Positions 1-13,383 of a stretch of DNA of 64,000 bases are shown piece by piece. The stretch spans positions 134 to 64,133 of the forward strand of contig CAZURN010000001.1 of assembly GCA_964623165.1 (NCBI GenBank), read 5' to 3'. The stretch's first letter is position 1. Every line of letters begins with the position of its first letter. The position numbers and the translations under genes were made by a program. The DNA is from an uncultured Syntrophobacteraceae bacterium (GTDB taxonomy: Bacteria > Desulfobacterota > Syntrophobacteria > Syntrophobacterales > Syntrophobacteraceae). The notes under the pieces are model-generated. The model searched no databases. It was not told where the DNA came from and saw nothing but the letters and a program-made list of their open reading frames with translations.

Positions 1-152
1 ATATTCCTTGACTTTCAAAGCCCTTGCTGTTACTGAGGGAGCCAGTCTGGGGGGGGTCTTTCACACCGCTTGGATCCTGTTCCAGGGACCATGACGAAAA
101 GACCGGCTAATGAATTTGCAGCTTTGAAGAAATGAGTTCCTTACTTCAAGGG

Positions 153-195
153 GAGCCTTCCTGACTGCAGTCTCGAAGGCTCTTTGGTATTTTTG
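153..195 (+). terminator. Putative Rho-independent terminator (or attenuator) upstream of panC
   Basis: GAGCCTTC (153-160) pairs with GAAGGCTC (174-181). An inner GACTG/CAGTC palindrome sits between them. A T-rich tract CTTTGGTATTTTT follows. Confidence 0.45.
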
Positions 196-221
196 AGTCT
201 TGATTCAATGAGGAGACTGAA

Positions 222-1073
222 ATGCGCATCATCGAAAGCGTGACCGAGATGCAGCAACAAGCAGACACATGGCGTCGCGAAGACAAGCGGATCGCCCTGG
301 TACCGACCATGGGCTACTTCCATGAAGGACACCTGACCCTGATGCGGGCAGTCCGAAACCATGGAGATGTTTTGGTCGTCAGCATCTTCGTGAACCCGGC
401 CCAGTTCGGCCCAACTGAAGACCTTGACAGCTACCCGAGAGATCTGCAAAGGGACTTGCAGTTCGCCCGTGAATTGGGAGTGGACGTGGCTTTCGTGCCC
501 CGAAAGGAGGCAATCTACCCGAACGGCTTCCAGACCTTTGTGGAGGTCAAGGAAATCACTCGGGTTCTGTGCGGAAAGAGCCGACCAGTGTTTTTTCGCG
601 GCGTGGCCACGGTGGTTGCCAAGCTTTTCCATATCGTGAAGCCGCATGTGGCCATTTTCGGCGAAAAGGACTTTCAGCAACTCATGACGATTCGCCGGAT
701 GGTTGCCGACCTCAACATGGACGTGGAGATCCTGGGCCACCCGACCGTCAGGGAAGCTGACGGCCTGGCCATGAGCAGTAGAAACGCGTATCTTTCCCCG
801 GACCAGCGTGTGCTTGCCCGCCGCCTCAGCCAATCCCTGCGGGAAGCGCAAGGGCTTGTGAATCAAGGCGAAAGAGGAAGCGATGCCATCTTGAAACGTG
901 TCAGGGAGGTGTTGGCGGAAGGTGGCGATGTGCGCATCGACTACGCCGAACTCCGCGACCCTCGTACTTTTGAGGAGGTGAACCGGGTCGATTCCCCCAC
1001 ATTGCTGGCTCTGGCGGTGTTTGTCGGCATGGCGCGACTCATCGACAACTGCGTACTGACAATTCCATCGTAG
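222..1073 (+). CDS. panC: Pantoate--beta-alanine ligase
   Basis: 283 aa with the N-terminal signature [16 protein letters not shown] (HxGH nucleotidyltransferase motif) and [18 protein letters not shown] lies 7 nt upstream of the ATG. Confidence 0.95.
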   Translation: MRIIESVTEMQQQADTWRREDKRIALVPTMGYFHEGHLTLMRAVRNHGDVLVVSIFVNPAQFGPTEDLDSYPRDLQRDLQFARELGVDVAFVPRKEAIYPNGFQTFVEVKEITRVLCGKSRPVFFRGVATVVAKLFHIVKPHVAIFGEKDFQQLMTIRRMVADLNMDVEILGHPTVREADGLAMSSRNAYLSPDQRVLARRLSQSLREAQGLVNQGERGSDAILKRVREVLAEGGDVRIDYAELRDPRTFEEVNRVDSPTLLALAVFVGMARLIDNCVLTIPS

Positions 1074-1129
1074 ATATCCCAATGCATTTGAAGCGGTTGA
1101 TCGAGTTTTTGCGAACACGGGAGGAAGCC

Positions 1130-1501
1130 ATGCAGAGGATCATGCTTAAGTCGAAAATCCATCGAGCCAGCGTAACCGACGCCAACTTGGAATACGAGGG
1201 AAGCTGCACCATCGACGAGGAACTTCTCAGAGCCGCCAACATACTGCCCTACGAACAGATCAAGATTTACAACGTGAACAACGGAGCCAGATTCGACACA
1301 TATGCCATGGCAGGTCCAGCGGGAAGCGGAGTGATCTGCCTGAACGGCGCTGCGGCGCGGATGGGGGCCAAGGGGGACCTCATCATCATCGCCACTTACG
1401 CCAACTATGACGATTCGGAGTGCTCGGATCACCACCCCCACATCGTCCTGGTGACTTCGGGCAACAAGCCGTCGAAGACAACCCCGGCGGACATTGCTTG
1501 A
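1130..1501 (+). CDS. panD: Aspartate 1-decarboxylase proenzyme
   Basis: [29 protein letters not shown] contains the GS self-cleavage site typical of PanD. Start moved to the internal ATG at 1130, since the ORF-track start at 1082 adds a non-homologous extension. Confidence 0.92.
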   Translation: MQRIMLKSKIHRASVTDANLEYEGSCTIDEELLRAANILPYEQIKIYNVNNGARFDTYAMAGPAGSGVICLNGAAARMGAKGDLIIIATYANYDDSECSDHHPHIVLVTSGNKPSKTTPADIA

Positions 1502-1557
1502 TGACAGACCATTCTGGGGGGACTGCACCCCCGCAATCAAAGGAGGTAACTCTCACC

Positions 1558-4205
<2,648 letters not shown>

Positions 4206-5414
4206 GTGAGGAAGGGACTCCTGTGCTTCCTTTGTGTCTTTCTGTGCCTGAGTTGCGTTGAGCCGCCCGATAGGAAACCCGCCGGGAAAGAGGAGAGGCA
4301 TCCACTTTTTGAGCGCGTGGAGCCCGGCGCAGCCCCCGATTTTGTAGACGACTCGGATCGGGAGTCCCTTCGAAAGGCCCTGGAAAAGAGCCTGGAATAC
4401 TATGGTCGAATTCCCGAAGACCGGACCTATCCGTTTGGCGACATGACGGTGACGGTTCGGCAACTGAAGGAAACGCTGGTGGAGTTTCTCCGGCTCTTGG
4501 ACGCAAAACGCCTTGACAGGCACTCCATCGCAGAGTCCTTCGTCATCTACCGTGCATCCAGCACGGCTGCAGAAGCGAAACCCCTGGTGACAGGCTATTA
4601 TGAGCCGGTGCTGGAGGGGCGCCTTGAAGCAAACAGGGAATTCTGTTACCCTTTGTATGAAATTCCGTCAGACCTTTTGACCATTGATCTCGGGTTGTTC
4701 GATCCGGCACGTTATATGGGACAGCGCCTTGTTGGGCGGATCAAAGACAGGCAGGTAGTGCCCTATTACACCCGGGAGGAAATCGACGGCCAGAAGAAGC
4801 TCGATCGGCGGGCTGCGGTGCTGGCTTGGCTCCGGGACCCTCTTGACGCATTCTTCCTTCATATACAGGGATCAGGCATCATCGAGCTTCCCGACGGGCG
4901 GTCTCTCCGCATTGGCTATGCCGGGGCCAATGGGCGTCCTTACAGGAGCATCGGGAAGATTCTCATAGACATGGGCCTTTTGACTCCGGAGGAAACAACC
5001 CTCCAGTCCATTCGGTCCACACTGCGATCGAATCCGCAGATCCGAGATGAAGTGCTGCGGCAAAACGAAAGTTACGTTTTTTTTCGCTGGGTCCAGGACG
5101 GCCCGCTGGGAAGCCTGAACGTCACTCTCACCGGTGGGCGCTCCATCGCATCCGACCCGCTTTACCACCCGAGAGGGGCCATTGCCTTTCTCGTTTCAAA
5201 AAAGCCTCGCCTGGGTACCAATGGGGAGGTCCTCAATTGGGAAAACCTGCATCGCTGGGTACTCAATCAGGACGCAGGAGGAGCCATCAAAGGCATCGGG
5301 CGGGTGGATCTTTTTTGCGGCAGTGGGGAGGCTGCCGGGTCGATGGCGGGGCGGATGAAGCATCCCGGTGAATTGTATTTCATTATGAAGAGGGAAGGGG
5401 CTCCGGAAACGTAG
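4206..5414 (+). CDS. mltA: Membrane-bound lytic murein transglycosylase A (lipoprotein)
   Basis: GTG start directly after the ahcY stop. Lipoprotein signal peptide with lipobox LSC. MltA-specific insert and 3D-domain-like C-terminus (IASDPLYHPRGAIAF, GGAIKGIGRVDLFCG). Confidence 0.85.
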   Translation: MRKGLLCFLCVFLCLSCVEPPDRKPAGKEERHPLFERVEPGAAPDFVDDSDRESLRKALEKSLEYYGRIPEDRTYPFGDMTVTVRQLKETLVEFLRLLDAKRLDRHSIAESFVIYRASSTAAEAKPLVTGYYEPVLEGRLEANREFCYPLYEIPSDLLTIDLGLFDPARYMGQRLVGRIKDRQVVPYYTREEIDGQKKLDRRAAVLAWLRDPLDAFFLHIQGSGIIELPDGRSLRIGYAGANGRPYRSIGKILIDMGLLTPEETTLQSIRSTLRSNPQIRDEVLRQNESYVFFRWVQDGPLGSLNVTLTGGRSIASDPLYHPRGAIAFLVSKKPRLGTNGEVLNWENLHRWVLNQDAGGAIKGIGRVDLFCGSGEAAGSMAGRMKHPGELYFIMKREGAPET

Positions 5415-5765
5415 TGCATGGCCGGCGGCGATTGCTCTGCACCGGATGCAATCTTTCCTGCATCTCCTCACGTAATCCTGCAGAAGCCGAGTTCGAGCAT
5501 TGATGAGACTCTGGAGCAGGGCTTCCAGCGGGGTGGCGCCGCGGAGATAATACCGGCAGTTGACGCCAGCTGGCGTCGCGTAAGGGATGGGGTGGGAAAG
5601 AAGCTGGGAAGCCACCGGGTGTTCAGAGGCTTGGTTCTCATACGCAGTTGCGTTCAAGATCCAATCGAGCGCCGTTCAAGATGTAGCGTTGCCCCTTGAG
5701 GGCACCCCGAAGCGGACGGCCACAAAGCCGTGGGCTGTAAAAGCTCGACAGCAACTTCGTATTGT

Positions 5766-6095
5766 TCATTCTTTGGAATGATTTAGCCGTTCCAAAAGAA
5801 CCTGACACAGGATTCGCATTTCATCAAAGCAACGACACAGGACAGTCAGGGCTTGGAGGCAGGTCTGCCCCTCCGTCTCACTGGACTCGGGCAATATTGA
5901 AAACATTGCGTGCTGCGCGCCTCTGAAACGGTCGGTCGTGCGTTCTCCGAGGGCGCCAAGTTGCTGAATGAACTCTTCATGGGGCAAGTTTCTGGTGAAT
6001 GCTTCCAGGTCGGCGAGTTTTGCCTGGTATTCGGCCGCCAGTTGACCCAGGATCTGCAGGGGCTGACTGAAGAGGGAACTTGATTCGTCTTTCAC
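5766..6095 (-). CDS. Hypothetical small helical protein (109 aa)
   Basis: GTG-start ORF, divergent from the helicase gene. Predicted all-helical with no motif I recognise. Confidence 0.35.
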   Translation of the reverse strand: MKDESSSLFSQPLQILGQLAAEYQAKLADLEAFTRNLPHEEFIQQLGALGERTTDRFRGAQHAMFSILPESSETEGQTCLQALTVLCRCFDEMRILCQVLLERLNHSKE

Positions 6096-6372
6096 GCTGG
6101 TTTGCTCCTCGGTTTTTTTGCCGTTTGATCTGACAATGGCCCTAAAGTGCTTACAATGCCGATACGATAAGGTTATTGACTAGTTCTTTCAGAGTCAGAC
6201 TATTCTTCGTCTCCACTTTGAGTCAAAGGGAATTTCAAAGGCGTTGTTGCCTGACTACTTGATGCACTGCCATTCAATGCTGCAGCAGGATTCGGCTGGA
6301 TGAATCGCTCTGGACTCTGTGCGGACGACAAACGTTTGGAGCGCTTTCTAGAATGCAGAAAGGCCATCACAA

Positions 6373-7809
6373 ATGCTCACCAAAACACTGAGTATTCTCA
6401 TCGCTGAATGGATCAAGATCCCTTCGGACGGTTTGCAGCCCCTCTTGGAGAGAAAGATCCACGACCGGCTTGTCTTCACGAACCCTGATTATGAGCTCCG
6501 TCACAATCGCGGTGAGTGGATTGGGAACATTCCGCCACAAATCAGCTGCATCAAGCAGAAGGGACGAAGCATCCTGCTCCCCAGGGGGTTTTTCGAACAA
6601 CTGCTGGAAATGTGCAAGCGTTTTAACCAGCCGTTTCGGGTGGTCGATCGAAGACGGATCTTTGCTCCAATCGACATGGAATTCCACGGGGAATTGAAGA
6701 ACTATCAGCAGGAAGCGGCCGAGGCCGTCCTGGAGAAGGATTTCGCAACCCTGATCGGCGGACACAAGAGTGGCAAGACGGTCATCGCCCTTAACATCAT
6801 CGCCCAGAGACGCCAGCCGACCCTGATTCTTATTCCCAAACTCGATCTGCTCCAGGGATGGCTGACGAAGATCGAGAATTTTCTCCAGATTCCCAAATCC
6901 GAGGTCGGTGTCTTCGCGGAAGGGTCCCAACAGATTGGAAAGAGCATTACCATCGCCCACACGGGAGAAGCATTGAGGCACTGGCGAAGGATCTATGAGC
7001 GGGTGGGGTTCGTTGTCATGGACGAGTGTCAGCGGTGTCCGTCCAAGGTCTTGACTCAACTCATGCCATGTTTCGACTCCCGTTACATGCTTGGACTCAC
7101 CAGCGTTGCCCAGCGAAAAGACCGCCTTTCCCGCCTCGTCTATTTCTATATCGGGGACGTGGTCTACACCATCGATGAGAAGGATGCGAGAGAGGGGCGA
7201 GGCATCATCCACGCCCACGTGGTGGCGAGGCCCACAGATTTTGAATATCCCTATCATTCCAGGGCCGACTACCCTCTCATGCTCGATGCCTTGATGCGGG
7301 ACGAGAAGAGAACCCGAATCATCGCCGATGACATCCATTCAGAAATGCAAGGCCGCGACCAGCCCCTATTGGTCCTTTCAGGAGGAGAGGTTCAGGACAG
7401 GATTCTTGGAGCCGAACTTGACCGGCGAGGAGTCAAAGTCATCTCCCTGAACGAGGAGAGATGCCATTCGGGAATGACGGATCCCGGGCAGGGCAATGGA
7501 ACCCCAGAGTACCGGAAGTTCGAGATTCCCGAAGGACCGGCCGCTGTCCTTGTTTCTCCCCAGATCATGCTCAAGTGCCTGCCAAAATTGAATTCGCGGA
7601 TTCTTTTCCTGGCCGTTCCGCTCTATTTCCGCCAGCATCTGGCCAATAGCATCCGGGAGCTCAACCAGAATGGAGGCTCCGGAGAATCACGTCTCAAGAT
7701 CTATGACTACGTCGATCAGCGGGTCGGCCTCTTTGAGAACTATTTTCGCATGAGGAGTTACAGCTACGGCGTGCACCCCGATCTGCTCCTTTCTTCAACC
7801 AGCAATTGA
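6373..7809 (+). CDS. Superfamily-2 DEAD/DEAH-box helicase family protein with an N-terminal extra domain
   Basis: Motif I GGHKSGKT, Ia LILIPKLDLLQGW, II VVMDECQR and III LGLTSV are present. C-terminal RecA2 motifs V and VI are degenerate (KCLPKLN instead of EG.D.P, and QHLANSIR instead of Q..GR..R). Confidence 0.75.
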   Translation: MLTKTLSILIAEWIKIPSDGLQPLLERKIHDRLVFTNPDYELRHNRGEWIGNIPPQISCIKQKGRSILLPRGFFEQLLEMCKRFNQPFRVVDRRRIFAPIDMEFHGELKNYQQEAAEAVLEKDFATLIGGHKSGKTVIALNIIAQRRQPTLILIPKLDLLQGWLTKIENFLQIPKSEVGVFAEGSQQIGKSITIAHTGEALRHWRRIYERVGFVVMDECQRCPSKVLTQLMPCFDSRYMLGLTSVAQRKDRLSRLVYFYIGDVVYTIDEKDAREGRGIIHAHVVARPTDFEYPYHSRADYPLMLDALMRDEKRTRIIADDIHSEMQGRDQPLLVLSGGEVQDRILGAELDRRGVKVISLNEERCHSGMTDPGQGNGTPEYRKFEIPEGPAAVLVSPQIMLKCLPKLNSRILFLAVPLYFRQHLANSIRELNQNGGSGESRLKIYDYVDQRVGLFENYFRMRSYSYGVHPDLLLSSTSN

Positions 7810-7900
7810 TTGCGAAGTTCTTCTGAACCGTAGAACGCTTCACTCCAGAACTGGAGCTGATCTATCTGCGACAAATGGTGCACTCCCGAAGCCCCACTAA

Positions 7901-8665
7901 ATGAGACCCGCCAACGTAGCCCTCGCACCCTTTCTTCGTTCATGCCCCAATGTCATCACCTTGGGGATCCGGGCTCTCATGGGTGATTACTCGGTTGAGG
8001 AACGGGCGCTCCTCGCACGGGCCCGTCGAATCTTCTACCCTACCATCCGCTTCGTGGATGTCTTTCATGCGGCTGGAAAGATGTGTTTTCCCAGTTATTT
8101 CAACTACAGGATCCAAAGATCCCGCATTCTGCAGGCGACACTGCTTGGATACTCCGGTTGTCCTCACCCACCAACGCGCATCTATTTCGGCCCCAAACAG
8201 AAGTCGCGAATCCCGATGGATTTTGCCTACCCGTTCGTCCTCATGGGACCCGTTGCCAGGACAGAGACCAGGCACTTGGTGAACGACGCGATCACGCTCC
8301 GGAGATTCGCCGCTGCCTATAATCCGATTATCGTCCAGGCTCACGAACCATGGCGGGAAACCATCCGTCTGACATGTGTGGCTTTCGACTGCCTCACCGC
8401 AGTCAGAACCCGCTTCACCGTCGCAGAGCCCGCACCCGCCGCGCCCATACCTGGGCAAGAGCTCCGTTCCATGGATCTGTGGGACAGGACTAGGAGGCTG
8501 CTGACCACGGCGCGGCTCGATGACATTGCTGTGGAATGGGGACTGGGAAAGGACGGTTGGCAACTCATCGATATGGGAAGACCATCCGTCCTGATGGAAT
8601 CTTCAGAGGGCGTTCTTCACAGGCACCATCATGTCTGTCGATTAATCACCGAAGGCCTTCTATGA
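7901..8665 (+). CDS. Hypothetical protein, possibly ATP-grasp-like fold
   Basis: 254-aa ORF 91 nt downstream of the helicase on the same strand. The pattern PFVLMGPVA...HLV...IIVQAHEPWRETIRLTCV loosely resembles RimK-type ATP-grasp cores. This is a weak call. Confidence 0.4.
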   Translation: MRPANVALAPFLRSCPNVITLGIRALMGDYSVEERALLARARRIFYPTIRFVDVFHAAGKMCFPSYFNYRIQRSRILQATLLGYSGCPHPPTRIYFGPKQKSRIPMDFAYPFVLMGPVARTETRHLVNDAITLRRFAAAYNPIIVQAHEPWRETIRLTCVAFDCLTAVRTRFTVAEPAPAAPIPGQELRSMDLWDRTRRLLTTARLDDIAVEWGLGKDGWQLIDMGRPSVLMESSEGVLHRHHHVCRLITEGLL

Positions 8666-8880
8666 ATTGGGCTTCCAGCGGTTAAATGACGGTTCCAAGT
8701 GTTTTCCTTCACCCGTCGGCACCCAACCGTCCTATTCCGGGGGTGTCTTGAAAACTCACGGTACGTTCTTACCATGAGGCGTGTGACGATGGCGGTCCTT
8801 GACACTCAGTGCCCATTGGAGGGCGATGGTTTTCGGCAACGCAGGCACCTTTCCATAACAGCAACGAGAGAGAATTGATC

Positions 8881-11625
8881 ATGACACACGCAATGCAAAG
8901 GTTGAGCAGCATATTGGTCTTTTTGTTGATTTCGGTTTCGGCTCAACACGGTCAAGGTGATCAGGTTCAGAGGGCCCTTCCCACACTGCCCCGGGATGCC
9001 CAGGTGGCCGTGAACAGGGCCCTCCCATCGAAACCTGGAGACACCTTTGTCATTCTCAGGAATGGCATGACATTACTCATCCGAGAGAATCCAGGCAGCG
9101 AGGTGGTGTCCGCCCGCGTGGTGGTCAAGGCCGGCTCCATCTATGAGGGAAAGACCATGGGGGCGGGCCTGTCGCATTACCTGGAGCACATCGTCTCTGG
9201 TGGAACCACCAGGTCCTTCACTGAGGATCAGGCCAAGGAACGACTGCAGCGGATGGGCGGATCCACCAACGCCATGACCACATATGACAGGACCACTTAC
9301 TACATCAACAGCTCCGCCGGCAATTGGAGGGACGCCCTCGATCTACTTCTCTCATACGTGAGCGAAAATGTGCTGGATCCCCAGGAGGTCACGCGGGAAA
9401 AGGCCGTGATTCAGCAGGAAATCAAAATGGGTGAGAACAGCCCGGACAGCGAACTCTGGAAACTCTACATGAAGACGGCCTACCGGGTTCATCCACTGAA
9501 GCATCCCATCATTGGCTATGAAGAAGTCTTCGTGCAACAGAACCGCGAGTCTCTGCTCGACTACTACCTTCAGCGGTATCAACCCGAGAACATGATCGTG
9601 GTGGTCGCAGGTGGGGTCAAAGCGTCGGAAGTCATCCCATTCACAGCAGAAAAGATCAGAGACTTCCCTCGCAGGTCTCCAGAGACTCTCGTGCTGCCGG
9701 AAGAGCCAACCCTTGTGAGCCCCCGCAGGGAAGAAAGGGAGATGCCTATTGCCCGTCTCACCCAGGCCATCATTGGATTTCCATCCTTGAGCCTCCATGA
9801 TCGAGACCTCTATGCGCTGGATGTCCTGGCCCTCCTCATGGGCGACGGAGAGACGAGCCGGCTCAATCAGCGGCTCAAGGACCGGGAGAAGAAAGTGCTG
9901 AGGGTGAGCGCCTCCAATTGGACTCCTTCGTTTGCAAAGGGGCAGTTCATGATTTCCCTCACCCTGCCTCCCCAAAACTGGCCTGGAGTCATGGATATCG
10001 TCCAGCAGGAGATCGAGCGTTTTAAGAAGGAACCCGTGAGCCGCGAAGAACTGGAAAAGGTGAAGAAGTCCATGATCGCCCAGCGGATCTTTGGCCTGGA
10101 GACAGTTTCTGCTCAAGCCTCGTCTCTTGCCTCATCCTATTTTGACACAGGAGATCCCTATTACGATGAGGCATACGTGGAGGGAATTCGCCGGGTGACG
10201 GCAGAGGAAGTACGGGATGTCGCACGGAGGTACCTCTTACCTGAACGCATGACAGTGGCGGCCGTGCACCCTCCAGGAACGGCTGAGAGGAATGCCGTTT
10301 CCCAGGCTGGCCAGACTCCAGCGGTGAACGAATCAATTGTTGAACGCCATCAGCTGAAAAACGGCCTCAAAGTTTTCCTCAAGCAAGACACGTCTCTCCC
10401 TTTAGTGACCATCAAGCTCTACGGCATCGGCGGACTCCTCATGGAGGATCCGGGATCCCCCGGCATATCCGCCTTCACGGCGTCTCTTCTCACGGCGGGG
10501 ACCAAGACGAGGAGCAAACTTGATATCGCCAATGCTATCGAGAGAGTAGGGGGGGCACTTGTGAGCAGCTCTGACAACAGCACCTACCATGTGGCGGTGA
10601 AGGTGCTGAGGGAGGACTTGGACCTCGCCCTCGATCTGCTGGCCGATGTGATCCAGAACCCGGTCTTTCCCAATGAGGAGATCGAAAAGAAGCGTCAAGA
10701 GACCCTTCTCGCCCTGCAGCGCATGGATGAAAACTGGCAGGCGGAAATCATGCGGATGATGAAACAGAATTACTTCACTGATTCTCCCTACCGGAACGAC
10801 CGCATTGGCACAGTGGAATCAGTGAAGGCATTCACCCGGGAAAAGGTCGCGGAATTCCACCGCCGGATGGTGAACCCAAACCACTCCGTAGTGGCCGTAT
10901 ACGGCGATGTGCACCCTGACCGAGTCCTGGCCGGCCTCGAAAAGAGGTTTCAGGGATGGAAGGGAAAGGCCTCACCTCTGCCCGATCCCAAGGTCGAGAC
11001 GAGGCCGCTGAAGACTGATCGCACCGTGGAGAAGAACAATGAAAAGAGTTCCTCGGCGCTGCTCGTCGCCACCAATGGCTTGAGTGTCAATGATTCGGAC
11101 CGCCCGATTCTGGAAGTGATCGATGCCATTCTCTCGGGTGCGGGCAATCCGAGCGGACGCCTCTTCGATGCACTGCGGGGAGGCAAGGAGGATCTGGTCT
11201 ACGTGGTGGGGGCTTTTCCGTTCTACGGCATCAGGGCCGGCTTCTTCGGGGTCATTACCCAGACAACCCTTGTGAACCTGGAGAAGGTCCAGGGAATCAT
11301 CGTCGAAAACCTGCGGCGCCTCAGGGAAGAACCGGTTTCTGCCGGTGAACTGGAAACGGCCAAGAACATGATCGCCACAGCCCACCGTATGGGACTCGAA
11401 AGCCTCGACGCCCAGGCACAGAGTGCCGTGGTCAATGAGGTGCTCGGTCTTGGGTGGGATTATGACCAGAAATACGTCGGGCTCATTCAGGCAGTGACGC
11501 CGGAAGACGTGCAACGGGTGGCCAAGGAACTCCTCGCCCACACTCTCATTGTGAGGACAATTCCCGAAAAGCCCGTGGAGATCCTCACTCCACCGCCCCA
11601 GGCGAGCGACATTCAGGCCAAGTGA
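8881..11625 (+). CDS. Secreted M16-family (pitrilysin/insulinase-like) zinc peptidase, tandem two-unit form
   Basis: Inverted zinc motif HYLEH (HxxEH) in the first half, followed by a second inactive M16 unit. Signal-peptide-like N-terminus MTHAMQRLSSILVFLLISVSAQ from the internal ATG at 8881. Confidence 0.88.
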   Translation: MTHAMQRLSSILVFLLISVSAQHGQGDQVQRALPTLPRDAQVAVNRALPSKPGDTFVILRNGMTLLIRENPGSEVVSARVVVKAGSIYEGKTMGAGLSHYLEHIVSGGTTRSFTEDQAKERLQRMGGSTNAMTTYDRTTYYINSSAGNWRDALDLLLSYVSENVLDPQEVTREKAVIQQEIKMGENSPDSELWKLYMKTAYRVHPLKHPIIGYEEVFVQQNRESLLDYYLQRYQPENMIVVVAGGVKASEVIPFTAEKIRDFPRRSPETLVLPEEPTLVSPRREEREMPIARLTQAIIGFPSLSLHDRDLYALDVLALLMGDGETSRLNQRLKDREKKVLRVSASNWTPSFAKGQFMISLTLPPQNWPGVMDIVQQEIERFKKEPVSREELEKVKKSMIAQRIFGLETVSAQASSLASSYFDTGDPYYDEAYVEGIRRVTAEEVRDVARRYLLPERMTVAAVHPPGTAERNAVSQAGQTPAVNESIVERHQLKNGLKVFLKQDTSLPLVTIKLYGIGGLLMEDPGSPGISAFTASLLTAGTKTRSKLDIANAIERVGGALVSSSDNSTYHVAVKVLREDLDLALDLLADVIQNPVFPNEEIEKKRQETLLALQRMDENWQAEIMRMMKQNYFTDSPYRNDRIGTVESVKAFTREKVAEFHRRMVNPNHSVVAVYGDVHPDRVLAGLEKRFQGWKGKASPLPDPKVETRPLKTDRTVEKNNEKSSSALLVATNGLSVNDSDRPILEVIDAILSGAGNPSGRLFDALRGGKEDLVYVVGAFPFYGIRAGFFGVITQTTLVNLEKVQGIIVENLRRLREEPVSAGELETAKNMIATAHRMGLESLDAQAQSAVVNEVLGLGWDYDQKYVGLIQAVTPEDVQRVAKELLAHTLIVRTIPEKPVEILTPPPQASDIQAK

Positions 11626-11845
11626 ACAGGGAGGCGATAGAGCAAGTCAAAAACCTGACACCAAGATGATCGATCCCATGGCAAACGGGGTGTAAAGAGC
11701 GGTGTGATTAACCTGTTCGCCCTCACCCAGGCTCTCCCGCCCATAAAGAGCCGGTTTGTGATCCCCTCCCGTGGCGCGAGGGGCCCACGGAGGGGAAACC
11801 GAATCGTTCATCTTGGTTGAACGGCATTGAGTTCAAACGGCACCC

Positions 11846-12784
11846 TCAATCCCTTTTCCGGTGGCAGATGAATTCCTGATCCTGAAGGGAGTAACGGACG
11901 ATGCGGTTGGATTGCTCAAGCTTGCGCAAGGTGAACCGGGCCTCTTCCTCGGTCACTCCCAGGGACGTCGCCATCTCAACCACCGTACACGGACGCCTCC
12001 GCACCATGTCCATGATTCTCCCGGCGAGAGAGGCATCCGATTTCCTGCCCCCAGTCCCGTGGAAGACCCCGATGATCCTGGTGATGTCCGGTGGAAAGAA
12101 CGACGAGGCTTTTCGCATGGCTTCAGAGGAAAGGCTTCCCGCACCGTAATCTGCCGGTGGGCGCACCACTGTGTTGAGTTCGACTTCATCGACACCCAAT
12201 CGATGGAGACATGCGCCGATCTCCTGGAGTTCGCCGGGATGGTCATTGACCCCGGCAACGATCATGACTTCCACGTGGAGTCGTCCTCGATACTCTCTTC
12301 TGAACGCTCTCAGACCTTCGAGGATCATGGTTGTCTCGATTCCGGGGTGCGGCCGGTTGATCGATCGAAAAACGTCGTCGCTCACGGCATCGAGGGAAGG
12401 AACGACCCGGTCAGCTTCCAGCAGGTCCCTCCTGACCTTGGGGTCAAAAAGGAGTGAGCCGTTGGTCAGGACAATGAGTGGGAGGTTCGTGAATCGCCTC
12501 TTGATCGCCCCGATGAGTTCTCCAAGAGGCTCGTAAAGGGTCGGTTCTCCCGCGCTCGAGAAGGTGAGCGCATCCACGCTGTCCGGGTACCTGGCGAAGT
12601 AGGTCTCCAGATCCTGCAAGACCGCCCCAGGTTCCACGAATGCCTTTCGGGTCACTGTGAGACAGGTGGTGCGGCCCGACTCACAGTAGATACAGTCATA
12701 CGTGCACGTCTTCGGTGGAATCACGTCGATCCCGAGAGAACGCCCCAATCGGCGCGACGGCACCGGACCAAAGATCGTCTTCAT
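11846..12784 (-). CDS. Radical SAM protein with a C-terminal winged-helix-like tail
   Basis: N-terminus FGPVPSRRLGRSLGID followed by CTYDCIYC (CX3CX2C). Start taken at the internal ATG (MKTIFGP), since the ORF-track start adds 58 non-homologous residues. Confidence 0.85.
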   Translation of the reverse strand: MKTIFGPVPSRRLGRSLGIDVIPPKTCTYDCIYCESGRTTCLTVTRKAFVEPGAVLQDLETYFARYPDSVDALTFSSAGEPTLYEPLGELIGAIKRRFTNLPLIVLTNGSLLFDPKVRRDLLEADRVVPSLDAVSDDVFRSINRPHPGIETTMILEGLRAFRREYRGRLHVEVMIVAGVNDHPGELQEIGACLHRLGVDEVELNTVVRPPADYGAGSLSSEAMRKASSFFPPDITRIIGVFHGTGGRKSDASLAGRIMDMVRRRPCTVVEMATSLGVTEEEARFTLRKLEQSNRIVRYSLQDQEFICHRKRD

Positions 12785-12954
12785 GGACTCTCTCAATTCT
12801 CTTGGCAATAAGACAGCACAACACCTTTCAGCGGTAACCGCTTGTTGGACGCGGAGTGCCTGGGAATTCACCGCAGTGCGCACGCTCAATTCTAAAGGTT
12901 TTGGGCCGCATCGTCGATACACCCGTCCCCCTGCACGGCGATCATTCATAAGGT

Positions 12955-13383
12955 TCACTTGACTGACTTGAGCAGATATTTGGGTGACTCAATGTAGCCA
13001 CGGCGGAAATAGAATCGGTGAGCCGCATTCCTTCGTTGATCGCAATGGAGCTCGATGCGATCACATTTCCTCTGTCGCGCGATTTCCACCGCTCTTGCCT
13101 CGAGCAGACTGCCAAGACCTCTCCCCTGGGCCGTTTCGGAGACGCAGAAATAACTGATCCGACAGAAGTCGCCGGCAAGCGCCAGTTGCGGAATGAAGTG
13201 GAGAGAGATGACACCGAGGATCTCGCCGCCCTCCACCATGACCAGGAGTTCAGCGTCGTCGTGAGCCAGCAGTTGCGATACTCTCGCTTCGATAAACGGT
13301 TCCGTGCCCGGATAGCCGAGCTCGGTCATCAGACTGGCAATGGCGGCACTGTCCCCCATCCTTGCTTTCCGAATCTCAATCAT
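12955..13383 (-). CDS. GNAT family N-acetyltransferase
   Basis: 142 aa with the acetyl-CoA motif QGRGLGSLLEARAVEIA and a C-terminal FYFRRGY. Its start overlaps the stop of the upstream flavoprotein gene by 8 nt. Confidence 0.85.
   Translation of the reverse strand: MIEIRKARMGDSAAIASLMTELGYPGTEPFIEARVSQLLAHDDAELLVMVEGGEILGVISLHFIPQLALAGDFCRISYFCVSETAQGRGLGSLLEARAVEIARQRKCDRIELHCDQRRNAAHRFYFRRGYIESPKYLLKSVK

Noticed and set aside
141-1118. 325-aa ORF on the minus strand, antisense to panC
   Set aside because: It is a shadow ORF opposite a confidently identified gene in GC-rich DNA. Its composition is Arg/Ala/His-rich with no motifs. The same reasoning applies to 1591-2343 and 2799-3788.
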